A DNA stretch of 64,000 bases. It comes from Anthoceros angustus (Eukaryota > Plantae > Anthocerotophyta). Positions 25,008 through 37,607 of this stretch are shown piece after piece (the stretch's first letter is position 1; each line of letters begins with the position of its first letter). A program made the position numbers and the translations under genes. Location: assembly GCA_010909165.1 (NCBI GenBank), contig MU008149.1:124001-188000 (forward strand). Direction: 5' to 3'. A model generated the notes under the pieces. It saw only the letters and a program-made list of their open reading frames with translations. It did not search any database and was not told the origin of the DNA.

Positions 25008-28000
25008 AGTGGGTGTGTGGGTTTAGGTGCAGGACTCCATCGATTCAGTCTATGTGATTATGCTTTGGAAAAGTCGAATGCCTCTGTCCCATGTTAGTGT
25101 TGATTGTCGCATGAGGTAAGTACTTGCATTCATATGAGCACTTCCTCAATAGACAACCAAGCAAACAAATCAAATATGCAAATATAGGTGCAAACCAATA
25201 ACAATAGGAGGGAGTAGCTCGCACGTCGTGGCATAAACACACTCTCCCCCGATAACAACATGCAAATTCCTCACACATCGCTCTCGGAGTCATAGCTTTG
25301 GCCTCCTCACAACACTCTTGCATTGCATATCTAGAGGACAAACTATGATCTGAGCCTGTCCTTTGTGAAAGGGTGTATATATACTAGCCCTTGGCATCGG
25401 TATATTCCTAAGATATCGTATTGGCATCAGCATATGCTCGAAATATCCTAAGAATACACTATAATATGCAAGGAATATCCTAAAGCATATTACTTAAGCT
25501 TATTCACTTAGCTATTGCTAACAATGTTTAATTAATACTAATCAACACTTAATAAACATAAGCACTTTAGATTAATTAATACTAATTACTTACTTAAAGA
25601 TAAGTAAGTAGATTAATCAATGCTAATCAAACACTAAACCCAAAGTGCAGAGATTAGCCGTCACATGGTATGCCATGGTCCTATATCGAACGGCGGGACG
25701 GGGCCATAGTGGGAAATGTTCCCGCGCAGGCTATCCAATGCCTAGTGATCCGCGGGTGATGTTGGCCATGGTTGCCTTCTTTGTTTTTCATTGATTGAAA
25801 AGAATCGAGTGGGAAGAACGTGTTAAAATGGTTGGATGCAAGGTTGCTCTACGACACTCTTCTACTCCACTGTGAGCTGCAAAGACTAGTTGAATACATA
25901 GAGGGTGCTGCTTAGGGGCCATGACCCGCAACCATTGCCAAGACTCCAATGGACACATGAGGGGAATAGCCTAGCGCGGAGACGAGTGGACAACAGTGAT
26001 GGAAGTAGTTGCAAGCCTTACTGAAGCCTCCCAAGTAGTCCGATCGAAATCCTTGTAAACCCTACCCATGTGGCCCCTCACTCCCTGAGGTTTAAATAAC
26101 TAGGACAAAGGTTAACCTTAGTAGGACCCCTCGCCTTGAAACAACAACATAAACAACAACGAACACTAGCCAATGATGCTAAGAACAATATAAGCTACGA
26201 AATGAAGAATAGGTACGAACAATGGATAGTACGAAATGAACAATAGATTGTACAAATTGAATAATAGATAGTACAAAATAACAATAGATGCTAAGAAATA
26301 AACGATAATTACGAAGCAGATGCCATGAGATACGCTCTGGCATCATAACATGTTATGCAACCCATAACATCATGTCATGCACAGTAATTTGTTCGACGCC
26401 TAAGTTCGAAAGCTCTTTCGTGATCGAATCAAAGACAAAACAATATAGATAGATTTGCTAGACTACATTGCTATACACTGTAAGGAGCCTAGACAGTCTC
26501 AGGACGTTCAAATTATGCTTCTTTTCAAATAAATTATGCACATTCCTAGAAACAGATGCATTCACGTTCGCAGCTAGGCAGATATCTTCCCATAGGTCGC
26601 ACTTGAATGATCCAGTGTACTTAGCCTGTAGCATATATGTCAGCAGCTGGTTCGATAACCAACACCGTCACAAAACCATAAGCTCAACAGTTTCATTCCA
26701 GGATCAGCCACCCTCGAAACTTCAACTTCAACCACATCTCCACAATAAGACAGCAAACAATCATGCAAAATCAGTAGCAAGCAGTCCTCAAAACCAAATT
26801 AGCCCATCAGATCACTATACTTCATGCAGGGCCAGCCACAAATAAGTCATCAATCATCATGGAAAGATAAAATTGGCAGGCCATTTGTCAATTTGAACTA
26901 TCTAACTATCCATCAAATTACTAAAACTAAAAAATCCAGAATGCCTACACGTATCAGCAACACGACATAAGGGCAAACACTGGGGCACAAAAGATTCAAA
27001 GAGTATCATGCACCTATCCCAAAAACAGATTCAGCAGCCTGCCCACTTTCGACCATTCACTCTGACAGGCACAATTTCAGGACGAGCCTGTAGATAATTG
27101 CTTACATCCAACAAGAAAATGACACAACAGTCCATTGAAGTAGTACGTCCTGCGAAGCCCATGGGCGCTTAGCAATCGTCCAGCCTCCCAATCTAGCTCG
27201 AGGTCCACAACCAGCCACAATCATTATTTCTCTCATGCATCCAAAGACAACTCGCATCTCCCTTGGAGTGCCTCCCGGGACAAAGCCGCTAAGGCTCTTT
27301 CCTATTTTTTTTGCGGTGGTAGAAAATGGTGAGGATGTAAGTCCGGGTGACTCTTGTACTTGCTGGCCTTTAAGATAGAATATGGTGGGAATAATATGTT
27401 GGGAGTAGATTTAATTGCGAATGATGATACGAGCAATAGATGCAGCTATAAAATGATGATGACGCACTGCAAAGCCGCTCACTAAAATTCGTCGGGGGTT
27501 TAATGCTTGGTTGCCTTAATGTGGTGGGGCCTACCATATGTCTCTCTCTTCCGTGACTTGCGACCAGGAGCACGAGCCGGGAGCCGGGTGGGTGCACCAT
27601 GTGAACACATGGAAACATACGTGACCATTGCGAACACATGGGCATATACATGAGAACGGGATAGCCATTTGACACATCATGTACACATATGAGAACGGGG
27701 ATGCATCCCGTGTGAGTGGCGAAGAACCCAAAGATGAAGAGCATGTGGGAGTGAGGCCTGGTATACGAGATGCACGTTGTCGTACATATCTTCTGCTGGA
27801 CATAATCGAATTTTGGTACAGGGTAATCAAATTGAAGCTTGTCTGAAGGGCAACAGGATGAGCTATTGCTCAAAGTCAAAAACATAGAGCATTCGGGGTT
27901 GAGGCCTGGTAACAGAAATGCCCATTTTCGTTCATAACTTATGCTAGACACAACCAATAATACAGGGCAATCAAATTGAAGCTTGTCCAGAAGGCTACAG

Positions 28001-28460
28001 AATGAGCTATAGCTCACGCTGGAAGATTGATTGCAACTCGAACTTCCCAGTTCCAGACCTTCAACAACAAATGTCGTAACCAGCATTTTCTGACATGCCA
28101 CAAGCATAACAACATTGGAAATGTCATGCCTCATACATTGTGAATGGCTGCAATTTCTGCAGCTATCGTCTACCAGAAAGGCACTTGGTTGCCATTCCGG
28201 GCAGTGTCTACCAATATGGTCCTTGAAAGCTTGCAACCCACACTGAATATCTATTGTTGTCCCACTATCTGTAACAATCCAGGTAACAGGCACTCCGTTA
28301 TAGTAACTATCAAACACCAAAAGTGTGTACAGGTGAAACTTGTATGTGTTGGTCCAGAACGTGGCGTCCAGGGATATGACATTCCTATTCCAAAACTGCA
28401 CAATCATGGAAAGCTAGAAATCAGTTTGCAAGCCAATCACTAAGGGGGAGGAAACAGAAT

Positions 28461-28666
28461 TATTGGGTATTTACCATTCATACCTAACTTGAGTAAACGA
28501 ATAACGTTTCATTAGGGTTTCGGTTAATGTCTTACTCTAGGTTATAAAACGGTTATTACTTGAACACACTTTTTGTACACCTTTTTTTTCAATCATAACG
28601 ATGCACTTCTTCCGAGCACTCGGTGCGCTCTCGCGTTCTCGCTTATCCATCTGCCATAATACTTTA
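28461..28666 (+). repeat. 5' LTR (206 bp)
   Basis: TATTGGG...ACTTTA, directly followed by a tRNA-iMet-type PBS. Confidence 0.92.
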
Positions 28667-28695
28667 TGGTATCATAGCCGCATTGAGCAATGCGA

Positions 28696-28990
28696 ACCTT
28701 GTAGGAGAACACAATACGCTGCAATCGACTTTCGGGAGTCTACGTCCCCTGCCCAATCCGCATCTGAGTATGAGATAAGTGTGCTGCTTCCATCTCCTGA
28801 ATACTAAAGTTGCATGTGCTGGGTGCCCTTCAAATAGCGTAGTATACGTTTCACGGCGATCCAATATTTTTGACCTGGATTTGCTAGGAAGCAAGAGACA
28901 ATACCCACAGCTTGTGAAATGTCTGGGCGTGTCCATCCAGCAAGATACAAAAGACTCCCTACAGCCTCGCGATAAGGACCAAGCCTATGT
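28696..28990 (-). pseudogene. Copia RT C-terminus and RNase H N-terminus, inverted relative to the element
   Basis: PYREAVGSLLYLAGWTRPDISQAV...AVKRILRYLKGT...YSDADWAGDVDSRKSIAAYCVLLQG on the minus strand. Confidence 0.9.
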
Positions 28991-29893
28991 GGGGGGGACC
29001 ACATACAAGGTGGAGTGCCTAACTAACCACCCTACAAGACCACTATTTGTGATAGTGGTTGGTGCTGTGAATACTTTTAGAGGATCGAAAGTGGAGTCTG
29101 ATCAGGCTCCTCAAACATGCTGGCAATGGAACATAACACGTGCTCTAAAGGGTCTGGTAGGATCATGCAGCGGTATGGAGAATCTACACATGAGGTGTCT
29201 GGTGATTTTGTTGTGTTCAGTTGGGTTGCGGCAGCTAATTCTAAGTGAGCAAAGTCAGTAGACAGTTGTGTAAGTTTCTTGTTCATAATTCCAATTTGTT
29301 TGTGCAAAGAAATCAGTTCTTTCTTGCGATTGAATTTTTCAAAACGGAAATGATCTTGCATAAGACCAAAACAAAATTTAAGGTTTCTAACAGCCAATTG
29401 TACATGCTGAGCATGTGTGTTGGACAGGTGGGTTGTGAGAACAATGATGTAACGGTTCTGGAAACCTGGGTTGCTTGTGAAAGCAAGTGGGCAAGTTACA
29501 ACAGACCACAGACGGTGCAGAATAGGCTGGCTGAAATCTGCTACAAGGCCTTCTGCAAGACATGTTGTAATCACTTGCGTCTTCTCTCAAAACGTTCCCA
29601 TCTACTCTGTGCAATCCAGAATTGCTTCAGTGTACTGATGTAAATTTGCTTCTCTTGCTCTGTCCAGGGAATGCTGATCGTGGGCTACATCCAAACTGGT
29701 CTCTCTCTGGGGATGATGTCTCTGTCCATCCCTCCGCTCATGAGCATGAAAAACACCTAATTGCAAGTCTCAGAAATCGCAAAATTGAATGCCGTTCGCA
29801 TTTCTTCTGCCGTGTAGTAGTGGATCCACGCTCGCACCTCCTTAATGATTTAGAATTTGCAAAGTGTATCCAATTACGCGATGCATTAGAGAT

Positions 29894-30328
29894 GCCGCTA
29901 TCAGTTGGCAGTCGAAGAAGCTACCTACTGTAAGCCTCTCATCCATCAAAGCCGAGTATGGTGCAGTCTCCTTAGCTGCCCGTGAGATTACTTGGGTGCG
30001 TCAGTTTCTCGATGGCATCCACTGGGCACAACCTGCAGCCACTTTATTGCAGTGTGACAATCAGTCGGCGATTTCTCTCACTGCTAACCCTATCCTGCAC
30101 GCGCGTTCTAAACATATCGAGATACAGTTTCATTTTATACGGCAAGCAGTGGAGATGGGGACTATCAAGCTTCAATATGTTCACACATCAGCAAACGTGG
30201 CGGATCTTCTAACAAAAGGGCTATCAAAAGCAGCTCATGATCAGCACAGACTATCGCTAGGATTGATGGGCAACCCAGATACTTATCTTAAGAGCAGCAA
30301 CTCTCCACAGGAGCCTGGTCGGACATAG
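29894..30328 (+). pseudogene. Copia RNase H C-terminal part
   Basis: AAISWQSKK...SS.KAEY...CDNQSAI.L..NP..HARSKHIEIQFHFIR...ADLLTKGL. Confidence 0.93.
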
Positions 30329-30925
30329 CTCCTAGGCAGTAGCGTTGGGACAGCCTCTCAATATGCATCTTTTGTGTGTCACGCACAGGATAGTTAGAGG
30401 ATCCCTAGCTGCACAACAACGTTACAGTTAGCCCTGGATGAAGCAGCACTTGCATCTAAGCAGGGCAGATCAGCTATATACTTTCGTTCGTCGAATCTTC
30501 AGGCAGCGGAAGCTTGCATGCAGCTTGGAATATGGCCACTTCCTCCTCTCTTGTCATTCCAGCGTCGACGACAGCAGGAGTTAGCGACTTTCTTCTTCGC
30601 CGCAGCTCAGGCTTCAGCTTCAGCACTTTCACTCCGGCATCTTCGCTCAGGTTTTCTCTTTGCTTTCCTGTTCGCAGCCCTGTGTTGTGCGGGGCACCGC
30701 GGCGGAAGCACGATCCACACAGCTAGGATGATAGCCACTGCAAGCTCTAGCAAGTACGCAGCAACTGTGCTGTAAGGATTAGTCATCTCTGAAGACAGCA
30801 AGGAAATGTGACAGTGTTATAAGCGCCCGTTCTTCTGTCTACCTTTTGGGGAACGCGTTCTGCATCTTACAATCAGAATCGCGTTTCTTTATCAAGCTTC
30901 TTACCGAGTTAGGTCTGAGGAGGCG

Positions 30926-31132
30926 TATTGGGTATTTACTATTCATACCTAACTTGAGTAAACGAATAACGTTTCATTAGGGTTTCGGTTAATGCCTTAC
31001 TCTAGGTTATAAAACGGTTATTACTTGAACACACTTTTTGTACACCTTTTTTTTCAATCATAACGATGCACTTCTTCCGAGCACTCGTGTGCGCTCTCGC
31101 GTTCTCGCTTATGCATTTGCCATAATACTTTA
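30926..31132 (+). repeat. 3' LTR (207 bp)
   Basis: Differs from the 5' LTR by 4 substitutions and 1 indel (counted by eye); preceded by the PPT. Confidence 0.92.
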
Positions 31133-32289
31133 AGAATGATACTAGACAAGGTCATTGTGAGCCTCTATCCACAAACCAACACTAATCTTATCGTTGGGGT
31201 GATACTGATAGAACCCCGCAAACAATTGAGAGGCAATGTTGTTAATGTCGTGTGGCTGTAAAAAATCATCGCGACAAGGTTCATAATCACCAGCTTGAGC
31301 TTTCAATTCTACGTGCTCCACATGCTCGAGGTATATCTGCCTCTTTGTTACACCAGCAAATAGACACTGCCTCACAGCAGCGCGGATGTCCTCACTTAAA
31401 CGGGCAGCAAACTTGAGCGAGGGTTTGCAGTATACTAAAGTCCGTGGTAGATTTGTCCAGATTGGTCTACATGTTCAAATGAATCACAAAACACAACTGC
31501 CAGTTGTGGCCAGATAACAAGCTGCTTCACATCAAAGTGGTACTGGCAACCATGTTTGATACTCTGACCTCTCAAGATCTTGGCTTGCCCACACCTCCCG
31601 CCGCCTACCGCCGCATTATCATCACGAAGATTAGCTTTCCCAAATGCACACCAGTATTTCGTGTGGCACAAATCAGCCCAAACATTAGTTTTATGGCTGC
31701 TGTTGGAAGCAGCTTGCTTCTTATCCATCTCCTTCCAAAAGTATGTGGGGAACTGCGCATTCTTGCCTTCTCCTAACACCAAGTCACACCCTGTTCCATG
31801 GAATAATGGCAAATCTAGAGATAGCGGGCACGCAATCCTTAGAAGCAACCTCATACCGTCTTGCTATAACAGTGGGTGAAAACTTCAGATGTTGCATGTT
31901 GAACAAGCCACGTGGCGGCTCTTTCACCTCCCAACCATAGGGAAGATCTTCAATCTCCATCTTAGTTGCCATTGCAAGTCACAATTCGGTGTTCAGAACA
32001 CGGGCTATACAGAGGTATTGCTTAATCGACTTCAGTGTGAAGTGAACCCGCCAAAAATGATGCTTACTTTCCATTTCTAATGGAAACATATTTTAGGGTT
32101 TGTTTCGCCTGCATCAGATGCGGCCTGTATTATACGACAGACAGAAAGGCACACATGGTCATAGCATGAGCTCATGCTCATGACATGAGGCATGACATGA
32201 GCTTGGCGCAAGACCGCACGGCCTAACGGGAGGCGAGTGGTGGGCTCCACCATCAAGGCAACCTCGCATTAAACCCACGAACTATAGTG

Positions 32290-34470
32290 ACCCCGTCGCC
32301 TAAGGCTAACGCAAACTTAATGAGCCCCGCCATCAGGTCGCCCTGCGGTGCCCACGCACCCGATGCAAAGCCGAGAGGCATGAGGCCGGCATGCCTCTCT
32401 TTCTTTCCGGCGTCTCCCTTTCCGAACAGGCGTCGTCGTCGCTCCTCTCAACGGCTCCCTCCACCTCCTCCAACCGCCTCCCGGCCCTCCTCCCAACGCA
32501 GAGACCCATGATATCCACTGAGATCCTGTATCCAGAATCAATTGATTCTATACTTAACCAGATGATCATTTATTGCGTTATATTTTGTCGGGCGAAACCG
32601 CGGCACATCAGATCATACTACAACATCAATATGTCAACGACCGATCAACGTCTTTACGGCATCACAGGCCATGTTACCCTCACTTTTATTATGCACCAAG
32701 ATATGAACAGCTGGCCGATATCGTTTCATTAGGGTTTCGGTTAATGCCTTACTCTAGGTTATAAAACGGTTATTACTTGAACACACTTTTTGTACACCTT
32801 TTTTTTCAATCATAACGATGCACTTCTTCCGAGCACTCGTGTGCGCTCTCGCGTTCTCGCTTATGCATTTGCCATAATACTTTAAGAATGATACTAGACA
32901 AGGTCATTGTGAGCCTCTATCCACAAACCAACACTAATCTTATCGTTGGGGTGATACTGATAGAACCCCGCAAACAATTGAGAGGCAATGTTGTTAATGT
33001 CGTGTGGCTGTAAAAAATCATCGCGACAAGGTTCATAATCACCAGCTTGAGCTTTCAATTCTACGTGCTCCACATGCTCGAGGTATATCTGCCTCTTTGT
33101 TACACCGGAAATGAGCCTCCACGGTAGATGTCCTCATAAGCAGCAAACTTGAGCGAGGGTTTGCGGTATACTAAAGTCCGTGGTAGATTTGTCCAGATTG
33201 GTCTACATGTTCAAATGAATCACAAAACACAAGCGCATTGTGGCGGATAACAAGCTTCACATCAAAGTGGTACTGGCAACCATGTTTGATACTCTGACCT
33301 CTCAAGATCTTGGCTTTCCGTTTTCCTACACTGCTTGAAGCCTATTTTCGCATTATCATCACGAAGATTAGCTTTCCCAAATGCACCGATTATTCGTGTG
33401 CACAATCAAACATTAGTTTTATGGGCTGTTGAGCGGCTTGCTTCTTATCCATCTCCTTCCAAAAGTATGTGGGGGCTCGCATTCTTGCCTTCTCCTAACA
33501 CCAAGTCACACCACATTCCATGGAATAATGGCAAATCTAGAGATAGCGGGCACGCAATCCTTAGAACAACCTCATACCGTCTTGCTATAGTGGGTGAAAA
33601 CTTGATGTTGCATGTTGAACAAGCCACGTGGCGGCTCTTTCACCTCCCAACCATAGGGAAGATCTTCAATCTCCATCTTAGTTGCCATTGCAAGTCACAA
33701 TTCGGTGTTCGATAACTTCATGAAGCAGGATTCCATGGCTTGGGATGTTGTGCAAGGAGGTTGATGATGGAATGTCCAAATGGTTACAAGTGTTTGCGCA
33801 CGAACTGGCAGATAACTTGGAAGCCCAACGCGTTTTAGTAGATGACCGCGGAGATCAATGCCATCAAATACGTTTTGGGGATGGCATGTTGGTATTCTTA
33901 TGCCTTTGGCGTAAAGGCGTATGGTTACGAAACTTATTGCGAAAGTGAAGAATGGGGCAAGGGCGGACATCATGCAAAAGTTGGGTGACATTATGTACCT
34001 CGGAGGGTCACCACACATTTCGGAGGAAGCGAGAAAGCTCAAATTGGTCTCAGATGTCCAATATGAGCCACTCTTTCCACTTTCATCAAGTACTTCAAGC
34101 ACCGGTGGGGCAACATCATACACATGTGGCTCAAAGGCAGGTGCCCAGGCAAGGCGTAATAGCTCGATTGAAGCATACCATCTTCATTTGAAGGTGAGAG
34201 TTTGTTCACCAAGCGGTTATTCTACGAGGTAGGCGTGTTGATTGGCTTTTGCATATTTTAGGGTTTGTTTCGCCTCTGCAATTTACGGGTTCTGTATGAC
34301 ATGCATGTTACGAGCAAGCACACATGGTCATAGCATGAGCTCATGCTCATGACATGAGGCATGACATGAGCTTGGCGCCGAAGACCGGCACGGCCTAACG
34401 GGAGACTGAGTGGTGGGCTCCACTAGATCAAGGCAACCTCGCATTAAACCCCTGACGAACTATAGTGACC
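32290..34470. repeat. Mosaic duplicated block (partial MULE-2 TIR, partial LTR, MULE-1 and MULE-2 fragments); likely assembly artefact
   Basis: 32290-32490 copies the MULE-2 left TIR, 32723-33710 copies 30970-31995, 33704-34262 copies 35853-36415, and 34253-34470 copies 32087-32290. Junctions fall at GGTGTTC and CATATTTTAG, and the copies are indel-rich. Confidence 0.8.
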
Positions 34471-37400
34471 CCCGTCGCCTAAGGCTAACGCAAACTTAAT
34501 GAGCCCTGCCATTCGTACCGCCCGTGTGCCCACGCACCCCGATGCAAAGCCGAGAGGCATGAGGCCGGCATGCCTCTCTTTCTTTCCGGCGTCTCCCTTT
34601 CCGAAGCAGGCGTCGTCGTCGCTCCTCTCAACGGCTCCCTCCACCCTCCTCCGAACGGCTCCGTCGCGCTCCTCTCAGCAGTCCTCTACGCTCACCCGTT
34701 GGTCTCAACACATTCACCCATTCCACATTCTCGTTCTAATGCGCGCCAAAGCAGGCGTTTCAAGTATAACCCACTTCTAATGCGGTTCGATTCGGAGGAA
34801 GCTTGGTTGATTCGGAGGAAGCTGGACGGCACGATCGAGGAAGCGAGCAGCAGCCTCTCCAATATCGTGATATCAGCAAAATGGAACATTTGCCTCACAC
34901 TCAAGTGCAGACACCGGAACCCGGCATTTTCAGCAAGGAGCATTTGTCATGGGCTGTGGGCAATCATCAAGGGAAGATGAAAATGCACATGAATGTGAAG
35001 CGCGCTTACATTCCTGCTGACCGTGTAGGTAATTTTATTGCAGGTGAGAAAGCAAATGCTTGCTTTCCCACCTGCTTCATCAAGCTGCGTCATTGGGTGA
35101 AGACCGCGGAACCAAAGCAGCATGTCAAAGACACTGAGCGGTGACAATCTACCATTGTCGTTATGGGCACGATGGCCGTCGTGGGAGGGCTATGACGGCT
35201 TCTTTCCTTGCTCCAAATGTGAGGCCCAAGGCAGGCGGTGGGCGTCAACGATGAGTAAGAAACGTGGATGCCTCTTCCAATTTTGTTGTGACCCGGTTAC
35301 TTAAGTGGCCTGACATAGTGGAAGTGAGGTTGCAGCATTGTTTCACACGGATGCCACAGGTGAATTCTGTCATGGAGAACTCATGCCAGGTCCCCTATCC
35401 CATCCTGCACAGCTAGCCCCAGCCCTATCACAAGAAAAGAGGAGGTGGGTGCAGCACAAGTTGTTGTGTCAAGTACCTAAACAACAGATATTGCTTGACC
35501 ACGAAGAAGGAGTGCATGAGAAACGACGGAGGGATGCAGGTTACAAGTTTACCAGGGATGATTTTTTGACACCAAAGGATATCCAAAATATGGAAGCCTA
35601 TGTCTCAGCTCGGACATATCAGCTACACATCAATGACGCAGAGAGTGTCCGTATTTGGATGGACGTCAACAGGCACTTAGTTTTCTATCCTGAGAATCCT
35701 GCTATTTCAAGCATGGCTCCAACCAATTTTGTGCTCGGTGTGCAGACACCGTTCATGTTGGAGATGATGGTTACATGGGGGCATAACTCTATCATAGCTA
35801 TGGATGCCACCTTTGGATTGAATAAGTGGCATTTCCAGCTGGTCAGTTTGTTGGTGTTCGATAACTTCATGAGCAGGATTCGATGGCTTGGGTGTTGTGC
35901 AAGGAGGTTGATGGAGGAATGTCCAAATGGTTACAAGTGTTGCGGGCACGAGCAACGCTGGCAGACCCAACTTGGAAGCCCAACGCGTTTTTAGTAGATG
36001 ATAGCGGAGATCAATGCCATCAAATACGTTTTGGGGATGGCATGTTGGTATTCTTATGCCTTTGGCACGTAAGGCGCATGGTTCTGAAACTTATTGCGAA
36101 AGTGAAGAATGGGGCAAGGGCGGACATCATGCAAAAGTTGGGTGACATTATGTACCTCGGAGGGTCACCACACATTTCGGAGGAAGCGCTCAAATTGGTA
36201 GATCTGTATGTCCAATATGAGCCACTCTTTCCACTTTCATCAAGTACTTCAAGCACCGGTGGGGCAACATCATACACATGTGGCTCAAAGTCAGACGATT
36301 GCACGCAGCAAGGGTAATAGCTCGATTGAAGCATACCATCTTCATTTGAAGGTGAGAGTTTCGTTCCTGGCAGTTATTCTGAGGTAGGCGTGTTGATTGG
36401 CTTTTGCATATTTTAGTAGATGAGGTAGAGTGCACTTTTGGTATCAACAACGATTAAGGAGCATGGCTTCGAAATAGCAAGCTTGAACGTATGGTAGAAC
36501 ATCGTGGCTAAGGCTGCCAAAATAGTGGATACGTCTGTGATTCTCCCAATTGCAAAGGACATAAATGCTTATGTCCTTGCAGGCAAGAACAATGAGGGTA
36601 TGGCATATGTGGTCTCCAATGTTGACGGAAGTTGGGCAACGTGCTCATGCCCTTGGGCTGCACAAGGGCACACTTGTAAGCACCAAGTTAAGGTGTTGAT
36701 GCTACTCCACAAGCTCGTGCCCACACTTTCTTTGGTGCAGGAGCTTATGCACCATAAGCCTCATGTTCTCACAAGACACTGCGCTTGACTTCTACAAAGG
36801 ATCACGAAGAGCAAGTTGAGGTAGCTAATGTCGTACCAGGTGAAACCATTCAGGACGTTGCTGAGGATATGAACTTGAATTTCGGTCGAGAGCGAGCTTT
36901 GGCTCAGTTTAGATGTAGTCTCAAGAACTTACAAAGCCTAGTTGAGCGGCATCCTCACCTCGTGGACCATGCTCAAGGACTTGTAGTAGGTTTTATCACG
37001 GACATTAGAGGGCATAGAGGCTACAATGTGGAGGAGGGCTTGGCCATCACCCACATATGGTCAAAGATGTGGGAGGGATACTTCTACAAAGAGGAAGCGA
37101 GCATTTTGGGAATGCAGGAACAAACCCCAACACAAGAAAACGTCCCAAGCCCTTGGATGTCGGTAATGTATGGTCTAGGCCTCCTCCATCAAAGGAGAAG
37201 CCTTTTGTAACACAAGCTAGAGGTAGAGAAGCCAAGTCATAGCACTTGTTGTGAATCAAGTGTCTTCATAATTGAAAGCCGTGTGTATAATCTATTACAG
37301 CGTGTTCAAAATGGACAGACAATGGGAGTTCGTGATTGAGTGCTTGGTGAACAGGTTGAGACCAGAGACAGGTGAGCATGTGCGGGAGGACAACGTTGAG

Positions 37401-37607
37401 AGGAGCGCGGACGGGAGCCGTTCAGAGGAGGGTGGAGGGAGCCGTTGAGAGGAGCGACGACGGACGCCCGTTGCCGGAAAGGGAGACGCCGGAAAGAAAG
37501 AGAGGCATCCCGGCTTCATGCCTCTCGGCTTTGCATCGGGGTGCGTGGGCACACGGGCGGTACGAATGGCAGGGCTCATTAAGTTTGCGTTAGCCTTAGG
37601 CGACGGG
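34471..37607 (+). mobile_element. MULE-2: near-complete Mutator-like transposon (3137 bp)
   Basis: TIRs of ~200-250 bp beginning CCCGTCGCCTAAGGCTAACGCAAACTTAATGAGCCC at both ends; perfect 9-bp TSD ATAGTGACC at 34462-34470 and 37608-37616. Confidence 0.95.
34739..37242 (+). pseudogene. MULE-2 transposase (N-terminal Zn/DNA-binding region, DDE core, SWIM finger), frameshifted as assembled
   Basis: AYIPADRV..FIAGE, KKRGCLFQF, HTDATGEFCHG, RDDFL, VLGVQT, AMDATFGLNKWHFQLVSLLVFD, AFLVDD, LCLWHVRR, SSIEAYHLHLK and SWIM CSCPWAAQGHTCKHQ. Several small frameshifts could be sequencing errors. Confidence 0.9.

Larger units (their letters stand above)
28461..31132 (+). mobile_element. Non-autonomous Ty1/Copia LTR retrotransposon (2.67 kb) with TA...TA LTR termini
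   Basis: LTRs at 28461-28666 and 30926-31132; TSD AGAAT at 28456-28460 and 31133-31137; PBS TGGTATCATAGCC at 28667; PPT GAGGAGGCG at 30917-30925; RT and RNase H remnants inside. Confidence 0.93.
28030..31972 (-). pseudogene. MULE-1 transposase pseudogene, split by the Copia insertion
   Basis: YWCAFG...KHGCQYHF...HVDQSGQIYHG and RDDFL...EAHNDLV*YHS rejoin in frame across the Copia TSD to VSSPLVIGLQTDF*L...SLDATFWTNTYKFHLYTLLVFD...FLVDD and LCLWHVRK. It has stops and frameshifts, and the C-terminal SWIM part is missing. Confidence 0.88.

Noticed and set aside
27370-28030. C-terminal half of the 345-aa ORF as a real protein
   Set aside because: After the frameshift at FLVDD the ORF runs through subterminal repeats and the TIR of MULE-1, so it is not coding.
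28400-31150. In-frame TAG codons in the MULE-1 transposase as RNA-editing or readthrough sites
   Set aside because: This is a nuclear TE pseudogene; at least one stop (TDF*L, usually Gln) fits CAG>TAG methyl-cytosine deamination, and frameshifts are also present.
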